Source of the DNA: Candidatus Kuenenia stuttgartensis
Lineage (GTDB): Bacteria > Planctomycetota > Brocadiia > Brocadiales > Brocadiaceae
Assembly: GCF_900232105.1 (NCBI RefSeq)
Contig: NZ_LT934425.1
Location: 4,260,001 to 4,292,000 of the forward strand
Direction of reading: 5' to 3'
DNA: 32,000 nt
How positions within the stretch are numbered: the first letter of the stretch is position 1; each line of letters starts with the position of its first letter. This document shows, one piece after another, positions 25,669 to 32,000 of this stretch. The notes under the pieces are model-generated. The model did not search any database. It was not told the origin of the DNA and saw only the letters and a list, made by a program, of their open reading frames with translations. Position numbers and translations under genes: made by a program.

Positions 25669-27684
25669 TTATTCAATCAAAGCTTTCGCTCTTTTTACTA
25701 CATTTTCCACAGTAAAGCCATATTCTTTCATCACCTCTTCACCAGGAGCAGATTCTCCAAATCTGTCGATGCCGATGATGTCGCCCTGGTCAGTTACATA
25801 TTTAAGCCAGCCCAAAGGTGATCCGGCTTCTACTGCCAGTCGTTTCCGCAATGAGGCGGGAAATATCTTTTCTTTATAAGTTTTATCCTGTTTTTCGAAT
25901 AGTTCCCACGATGGCATGCTTACCACACGTGCGGCGATGTTTTCTTCTTTTAATCTTTGCTGAGCTGCCAGCAGCAACTGCACTTCCGAACCCGTACCAA
26001 TTAAAATAATGTCGGGCTGTGTTTTTGATTCCGAAAGAATGTAAGCCCCCTTTTCCAATTCAATCGCCTTTGTATATTTTTCCTGGTCGATTACCGGAAT
26101 TTTCTGGCGAGTTAAAATTAATGCAACTGGTCCACCGGAATGTTCAATTGCTATCCGCCAGGCTTGCACGGTTTCATTGGCGTCTGCCGGGCGAATTACT
26201 GTTAGGTTGGGAACTGATCGCAAACCGATGAGTTGTTCTACGGGCTGGTGGGTGGTGCCATCTTCTCCTAACGCTATGCTGTCGTGTGTAAAAACATATA
26301 TGGGCCGTATTTTCATAATCGCTGCCAGCCGGATGGGTGGCCGCATGTAATCGGAGAATACCAGGAATGTAGCCCCGTAAGGAATGAGGTATTTACTAAG
26401 CACTAATCCATTTAAGATAGCGCCCATGGCGTGTTCCCTGATGCCAAAGTGAAAATTGCGACCATCATAATTTGTCGCTAAAAATGATTTGTATTTCTCC
26501 AGGTTGGTGTCGGTAGAAGGAGCAAGGTCCGCCGAGCCGCCTATTAAATTCGGCAAATAATCGGCTATTGCATTTAACACTTTGCCAGAGGCTTTGCGTG
26601 TCGCCATTTCTTCTTCAGTTTTAAAAACAGGCACCCTCTCTTCCCATCCTTCCGGTAATTTACCGCTGCTCAACAACTCATATTCATTGGATAGTTCGAT
26701 ATATTTTTCTTTGTACCTTTTATAAAGATCGTTCCAGTTCTTTTCTTTATCTATTCCTTTCTTACCTGCTTCACGATAATAATTTAATACATCGTCGGGC
26801 ACAACAAAATGTTTATCAGGGTCAAAGCCAAAATTCTCCTTCACGAGCTTCACTTCTGCTTCGCCTAAGGCAGAGCCATGTGCAGCGGCCGTATCTTGTT
26901 TGTTGGGGCTGCCATAACCAATGTGTGTGCGCACCTTTATCAGTGAAGGACGGTCTGTTTCCTTTTGCGCATTTTTTATTGCTGTTGATAAAGCACCTAA
27001 ATCATTACCATCCGGAAGCTCCTGAACATGCCAGCCATACGCTTCAAAGCGTTTTGCCACGTCTTCATCAAATGCAAGATCGGTATTGCCTTCAATAGTT
27101 ATATGGTTATCGTCGTACAAATAAATCATGTTGCCTAACTGAAGATGTCCGGCTATAGAAGCAGCTTCAGAACTAATACCTTCCATAATATCGCCATCGC
27201 TGCAAATAGCATAAACCTTATAATTAAAAATATCAAAACCAGGTTTATTGTAGCGGGCTGCCATATATCTTTGTGCAATGGCAAACCCTACGCCGTTGGC
27301 AAATCCCTGCCCTAGCGGGCCGGTCGTTACTTCAATACCGGGTAACAATCCGTATTCAGGATGCCCCGCTGTTTTACTGTGTAATTGCCGGAATTTTTTG
27401 ATATCGTCGAGCGTGATGGGATAACCCGTTAAGTACAAAAAACTATACTGCAACATGCAGGCATGGCCGCAGGATAAAATAAAGCGGTCTCTGTTTGCCC
27501 ATGCTGGATTCTGGGGATTATAGTTCATGATTTGCGCCCACAGAACATGGCCAACGGATGCAAGCCCCATGGGTGTTCCGGGATGACCTGAATTTGCTTT
27601 TTGTACGGCATCTGCAGCGAGTATCCGAACCGTATTGATACCCTGCTGTTCAAGTGTTCCTGTTTTAGGGTTCATGTTGTTCAA
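25669..27684 (-). CDS. tkt: transketolase
   Basis: SGHPG, GHACMLQYS, the TPP motif GDG.MEGIS.EA, THDSIALGEDGPTHQP-type block (THDSIALGEDGTTHQPVE), RPADANE. ATG at 27675 is an alternative to TTG at 27684. Confidence 0.95.
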   Translation of the reverse strand: MNNMNPKTGTLEQQGINTVRILAADAVQKANSGHPGTPMGLASVGHVLWAQIMNYNPQNPAWANRDRFILSCGHACMLQYSFLYLTGYPITLDDIKKFRQLHSKTAGHPEYGLLPGIEVTTGPLGQGFANGVGFAIAQRYMAARYNKPGFDIFNYKVYAICSDGDIMEGISSEAASIAGHLQLGNMIYLYDDNHITIEGNTDLAFDEDVAKRFEAYGWHVQELPDGNDLGALSTAIKNAQKETDRPSLIKVRTHIGYGSPNKQDTAAAHGSALGEAEVKLVKENFGFDPDKHFVVPDDVLNYYREAGKKGIDKEKNWNDLYKRYKEKYIELSNEYELLSSGKLPEGWEERVPVFKTEEEMATRKASGKVLNAIADYLPNLIGGSADLAPSTDTNLEKYKSFLATNYDGRNFHFGIREHAMGAILNGLVLSKYLIPYGATFLVFSDYMRPPIRLAAIMKIRPIYVFTHDSIALGEDGTTHQPVEQLIGLRSVPNLTVIRPADANETVQAWRIAIEHSGGPVALILTRQKIPVIDQEKYTKAIELEKGAYILSESKTQPDIILIGTGSEVQLLLAAQQRLKEENIAARVVSMPSWELFEKQDKTYKEKIFPASLRKRLAVEAGSPLGWLKYVTDQGDIIGIDRFGESAPGEEVMKEYGFTVENVVKRAKALIE

Positions 27685-27873
27685 TTGTTTAAGTTTTAAG
27701 TTGATAATTTAAACGCATTATAAAGATTTTCGTTGAATGGATTTCGTTTCGTCATTTAAATAAAAAACGCCACCGATACTTTCATGTAAACCCGTCGTTG
27801 TAGCTATCTGTTCATGATAACTTCGCCTCTATTCAATAATATCTTTTAACATTTGTTTAGCCATTTCTGGTTT

Positions 27874-29004
27874 TTAATCTTTATTCCTTTCCAGTACGGA
27901 AACTTTGTTAAGGCGTCGCAGGAATCGTTCTTCATTCTTAAACCTGGCATTGATAAATATCTGCACCAATTCCCCGGCTAACGCAGACCCTGTGATCCGA
28001 CCACCTAAACACATTATATTCATATTGTCGTCCTCAACCCCTTGGCGGGCAGAGAATGAATCGGTGATCAAAGCTGAACGAACGCCGGCAATTTTATTAG
28101 CCGCAATACAAGCCCCAACACCGCTCCCACAAATGGCTACACCTCGTGAGATTTCCCCATTAGCCACTGCCTCCGACATCGGAATAACAAAATCAGGATA
28201 ATCATCGTCGGTATTGAGTTGATAAGCGCCAAAGTCTTTTACTTCGTAGCCGGCAGTTTTGAGTAACGCAACCAGTTTTACTTTCAAATCAAATCCCCCA
28301 TGATCAGACGCAACACCTATACGCATCATTTTTCTTACAGGACTTGAAGTTTCTTCTTTTAAATTTTGTGGTTGAAATTCGATACTTTTCTCTTTGACAG
28401 ACAACCCCAAATCTGCTAGTGCTTTCGCTGTTGATAGATAATCTGTATGGTGAATGCTGGTGATACCCATGCCCTTCGCCATATTTACAAACATTTGCGT
28501 GTTATCAATGTACACGAGTTCATCTAAGGGCGCCTGGGCGCCATCAATTGCCAGGCGAAAAATAGCTGCATCGGGCTTTCTTCGATGAACATAGCAGGAG
28601 GACACAAAAAAATCAAATATTTCATTCAATTTAAATTTGTTTATCCTGTAGGCGTTTATTTCTCTTGCTTCGTTGCTAACCGCAATTACTTTTAGTCCAT
28701 ATTGCAATTTTATTTTTTTAATAAAGGCAATCATTTCCAAATCAGGCGTGGATAAGGAGAATATGAAGTCTTTGAACTGGTCGGGGGTAAAATCCCTTTT
28801 TTGATAGAATACCATCCGATCAAGATATTCGTTGAACGTTATCCTTCCTTCTTCATACGTTACAAACAGGAGGCCGTGGCGGTTTTCCATTTCATTCGCA
28901 TCCAGGTGAAAATGTTCAGCAGCCCGCTGCCTGAATTTGTAATCCCATCCGTTTGAGAGCAATACACCTCCGATATCTAAAAATAAACAACTAATAGCAT
29001 TCAT
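27874..29004 (-). CDS. rpiB: fusion protein: N-terminal HAD-superfamily hydrolase plus C-terminal ribose-5-phosphate isomerase B
   Basis: Residues 1 to about 200 carry HAD motif I FLDIGGVL, VSNE, and RKPD. Residues from about 228 to the end read MRIGVASDHGGFDLK...CGSGVGACIAANK..GVR.AL...SA...VEDDNMNI.CLGGR, the RpiB/LacAB signature. It is a single uninterrupted 376-aa frame. Confidence 0.85.
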   Translation of the reverse strand: MNAISCLFLDIGGVLLSNGWDYKFRQRAAEHFHLDANEMENRHGLLFVTYEEGRITFNEYLDRMVFYQKRDFTPDQFKDFIFSLSTPDLEMIAFIKKIKLQYGLKVIAVSNEAREINAYRINKFKLNEIFDFFVSSCYVHRRKPDAAIFRLAIDGAQAPLDELVYIDNTQMFVNMAKGMGITSIHHTDYLSTAKALADLGLSVKEKSIEFQPQNLKEETSSPVRKMMRIGVASDHGGFDLKVKLVALLKTAGYEVKDFGAYQLNTDDDYPDFVIPMSEAVANGEISRGVAICGSGVGACIAANKIAGVRSALITDSFSARQGVEDDNMNIMCLGGRITGSALAGELVQIFINARFKNEERFLRRLNKVSVLERNKD

Positions 29005-29179
29005 ATTATTATTTTTTTAAAGCTTCCTTTTTATTATTGCATCAAAAACAATAGAATAAATCAAATCTATAAATACTATTGCCCATGCACTGTAGCAAAA
29101 ATTACAAATTCAGGTGAAATCCTTATCAGAAAGGTAATCTGATGGCTTGTGACAATTTTACTGTACAAGCAGTTACCTG

Positions 29180-31193
29180 CCTAGCGTGAGTTTATCACGA
29201 AATAAGGTGTAAGACAAAGACATCAAGTTGCAATCCAATGATTTGTATCGGGTTGCGACTTTTTTTGTCTAAAAAATTATGTATACACTGAATAATACTA
29301 TATTTATATTGCATTATATGCCTGTATATACTATTATACACGGAGTATTAATCTATTACGTATACACTAACAACTAATAGCCATGGCTACCATTCAATCT
29401 AAAAACTCCAGAGGTTATAAATATTGGTATATTGTCGAATCGCGGCGCGTTAACGGCAAGCCCAGGCCCATCGTCCTGGCCTATCTTGGCAAGGCAGACG
29501 ATTTATTAAAACAACTGCAAGGTCTTACCGAAAAATTACGGCTCAAATCTTATTCACATGGCGCGGTAGCCGCATTGCTAAGTGTGGCCAATGCCCTGGA
29601 CGTCCCTTCCGTGATTAATAAATATATAAAGTCGCCACGGCAGTATTGTGCTAAAAAACCTGTTCGAAATAATCTGACCGCCGGAAGTACCCTCTTGTTG
29701 GGTGCCGTGGGGAGAGTGTGTGTGCCTACCAGCAAAAGAGGATGGTGGGATTGGGCAAAGACGACTACTGCCGAATACTTACTCAGACACAGCTTGAGTA
29801 AAATAGACAGTCAGCATTTCTGGGATTTGATGGATGCACTTCCTGAAGAATCCATTGCAGAAATCGAGCGCGAATTAATTGAAAAGACATTTAAAACATA
29901 CAACCTTCAAAGCGACACACTGTTTTTTGATACAACCAATTTTTTCACGTATATCGACACAACTAATCTGCGATGCACTATTGCCCGGCGGGGGAAAAAC
30001 AAACAAAAGCGATACGATCTCAGGCAGGTCGGGTTGGCGATGGTCGTTACACGTAACGACATGATACCGTTGTTTCACCATACCTATCAGGGGAACATGG
30101 CGGATGCAAAGGTGTTCAGCGCGGTTCTTGAGACGATAAAAGACAGGATGACCGGATTAGGTTTCGACAGCAAAAAGCACACTATTGTTTTTGATCGTGG
30201 AAACAATTCCATGGACAATATGGCTATTGTAGAGAGATTGGCATTGCATTACGTTGGAGCGCTTACACCGTATCATCACAAGCAGTTGGTAGGGGATGCC
30301 ATGTGTAATTTCAGGGAATATGACGTTGACGGCAGTAAGATACAGGTGTACCATGACAAACGGGTTATTTGGGGGCAGGAAAGAACCGTTGTCGTATTTA
30401 TTTCCGAGAAATTAAAGGTTGGGCAATTAAGGGGAATGTCTCAGTCTCTGGAAAAGGCAGAACATCAGTTAAAGCTCTTACAGCAGCATCTGTGTAATCC
30501 AAAGGGAAAGATGCGGGACAAAGAGGGTCTGGAGGATACGATAAGAAGTGTAGTGAAATGTCAATTTGCGAAGGATGTTATCGATTGGTCGTTAAAAGAG
30601 GTATCTGAAGGCAAGTTTCAATTGAATTTTTCAATCGACCAGAAAAAGCTCGAAGAAATAGAAGGGGAACTGGGGTTCAGGATTCTTATGACAGACCATC
30701 ACGATTGGGATACCGCGGACATTATAAAAGCCTACTATGGGCAATCAAAAATTGAACATGCCTTTAGAAATCTCAAGAACCCCTATCACCTTGCTTTAAA
30801 ACCGCAATTTCACTGGACGGATCAGAAAATCAGGGTGCATTTTTTTATTTGCGTCCTCGGATACCTAATGGCGGCGATTGTGTGGTATCAGGCAAAAGCG
30901 CACGCACAATTTAGTGGAACGTTAGATACCCTGTTAGACACCCTTAATAATATAAGGCTTTCTGCTATGCTTGAAGAAACAAAGGCCAGAGGGAGAGTTA
31001 AGGCTACCTACAAATTGGAAGAAATGTCCGACAAGGAATCTCTGTTGATGAATGCGTTAGGCATTATGGATTTCCACAAACATCGGCTGAAACTTCAAGG
31101 ACTCAGTGTATACAATTGATGTTGTGCTTAACGCATTGACTGTATTTATGTTACGTTGCTTCATGCCTTATTTTGTGATAAACTCACGCTAGG
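29180..31193 (+). mobile_element. complete IS1634-family (IS4-related) insertion sequence, 2014 bp
   Basis: 28-bp terminal inverted repeats are cctagcgtgagtttatcacgaaataagg (29180-29207) and ccttattttgtgataaactcacgctagg (31166-31193), with 1 mismatch. They enclose one intact transposase ORF. No flanking direct repeat is detectable. Confidence 0.85.
29383..31119 (+). CDS. IS1634-family DDE transposase (578 aa)
   Basis: N-terminus YKYWYIVESRRVNGKPRPIVLAYLGK is typical of IS1634-type transposases. DDE-like blocks are FFDTTNF, VFDRGNNS and IEHAFRNLKN...IRVHFFICVL. Confidence 0.88.
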   Translation: MATIQSKNSRGYKYWYIVESRRVNGKPRPIVLAYLGKADDLLKQLQGLTEKLRLKSYSHGAVAALLSVANALDVPSVINKYIKSPRQYCAKKPVRNNLTAGSTLLLGAVGRVCVPTSKRGWWDWAKTTTAEYLLRHSLSKIDSQHFWDLMDALPEESIAEIERELIEKTFKTYNLQSDTLFFDTTNFFTYIDTTNLRCTIARRGKNKQKRYDLRQVGLAMVVTRNDMIPLFHHTYQGNMADAKVFSAVLETIKDRMTGLGFDSKKHTIVFDRGNNSMDNMAIVERLALHYVGALTPYHHKQLVGDAMCNFREYDVDGSKIQVYHDKRVIWGQERTVVVFISEKLKVGQLRGMSQSLEKAEHQLKLLQQHLCNPKGKMRDKEGLEDTIRSVVKCQFAKDVIDWSLKEVSEGKFQLNFSIDQKKLEEIEGELGFRILMTDHHDWDTADIIKAYYGQSKIEHAFRNLKNPYHLALKPQFHWTDQKIRVHFFICVLGYLMAAIVWYQAKAHAQFSGTLDTLLDTLNNIRLSAMLEETKARGRVKATYKLEEMSDKESLLMNALGIMDFHKHRLKLQGLSVYN

Positions 31194-31560
31194 GGGAATA
31201 TCATTTCCCAATACCGGGCATTATATTTTAATGTCGCCTTTTTTATAATATGTCGCCATACACTCCAAATAATTATTAGTGGTATCCACTAGTCGCTGGT
31301 TTGCCATTTAACCTCTGCTTTTAATTGCTTTATAAATTCAGGAATATTTACATTTACCAATGGAGTACCCATTTTTCGTGTTCCTTCTGGTCTTAAGTCT
31401 GTAGATTCATTATTTTCTATTTCCATGAATATGTATTTACCTAAATCCAGCAAACAAGGCAAAGCCTTGTTGCAGGAATAGGATTGAAATGGTAGAATTT
31501 TCGAAGTATTCAGCGGTATATTGATAACAAAATACAGAAGAAAGGAGATTAGCCATTTCG

Positions 31561-31948
31561 ATGTGGAATATAACAAAAGCCGACAACAAAATACAACCTA
31601 AAATCACCACAGAGATGAATGGGAAAGGATTAACAGTAAATGCAAGGCTTTTACCGGTATTAAATTTTATGGGTAAATAAATGTATGGCATACATGAAGA
31701 AGGGAGTAAGGGAGGTATTTCGCGGAGACAGTAGTTTTTTTGCCGGTGAATTGCTTGAATACCTTGAGTCAGTGCAGGCAGGATATTTGATTTTGGAAGT
31801 AAAGACGATGCGGTTGTGGTTAGTCATTATGGCAGGAAAATTGGTGGAGAGAAGCAGGCAATTGACATTAAAATTGCCGGAGAAATTTCTGCATAATGAA
31901 GAATGGAAAAAGTGGGAACGCATGTCGCTGGAAGTAGTGTTTCCATAG
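31561..31948 (+). pseudogene. internally deleted IS1380/IS4-superfamily (DDE_Tnp_1-like) transposase remnant
   Basis: The piece at 31685-31948 reads ...FRGDSSFFAGELLEYLESVQAGYLILEVKT, joined directly to a typical C-terminal end MRLWLVIMAGKLVERSRQLTLKLPEKF. The piece at 31561-31680 (...NGKGLTVNARLLPVLNFMGK) resembles the N-terminal G..LTS.aGLL block and lies in another frame. Most of the catalytic core is missing. Confidence 0.45.
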
Positions 31949-32000
31949 AAAATAAATCTTGTTTTTCGTTTTTTTGATTTTCTAAGAGCTGTAAGGATAC

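Noticed and set aside
29166-31205. Target-site duplication for the IS1634-family element
   Set aside because: I compared 15 nt on each side of the 28-bp termini. No direct repeat of 3 nt or more is present at the junctions.
31289-31691. Minus-strand ORFs 31289-31576 and 31437-31691
   Set aside because: They overlap each other and the IS1380-like remnant on the other strand. The composition is hydrophobic and low-complexity, with no ribosome-binding site. Only the last 45 codons (MEIENNESTD...) look protein-like, which is too weak to call.
1-32000. rRNA, tRNA, tmRNA, RNase P and complete defence systems (RM, CRISPR-Cas, abortive infection, intact TA pairs)
   Set aside because: No cloverleaf-like or conserved RNA gene sequence was recognised by eye. 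No nuclease, methylase or Cas signatures are present in any ORF. Absence cannot be proven without tRNAscan, Infernal or HMM runs.

Overview
Low-GC (about 40% by eye) bacterial chromosomal window. Taxon cannot be determined from the sequence alone. All homology calls come from motif recognition by eye; no search was run.

Left two-thirds (1-18000), mostly housekeeping genes:
- a metallophosphoesterase / PI3-PI4-kinase-like pair
- a DEAD-box RNA helicase split by one frameshift
- rarA
- an orphan double-Cache sensor
- a short FSA/TalC-type transaldolase, then holA, cobU and cobS (cobS has one frameshift)
- a heavily decayed glycogen phosphorylase pseudogene
- an alkaline-phosphatase-superfamily gene coupled to a divergent APS-kinase-like gene

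Intergenic regions in this part carry several short palindromic or MITE-like repeat families and a GIY-YIG nuclease remnant.

Right third (18500-31950), an IS-bracketed pentose-phosphate island on the minus strand:
- gene order: HAD-RpiB fusion, tkt, a shortened dps, long-type tal, gnd, zwf, broken pgl
- on the pgl side: an ISL3 transposase pseudogene, itself hit by a 149-bp MITE, plus a GC-rich orphan ORF
- on the other side: an intact IS1634-family IS and an IS1380-like remnant
- a GC-rich, hairpin-rich 180-bp spacer between dps and tal is a candidate structured RNA

I saw no rRNA, tRNA, CRISPR array or recognisable canonical defence system. The most system-like unexplained items are the two tightly coupled two-gene cassettes (2532-4135 and 15985-17970) and the candidate RNA at about 25040-25134.
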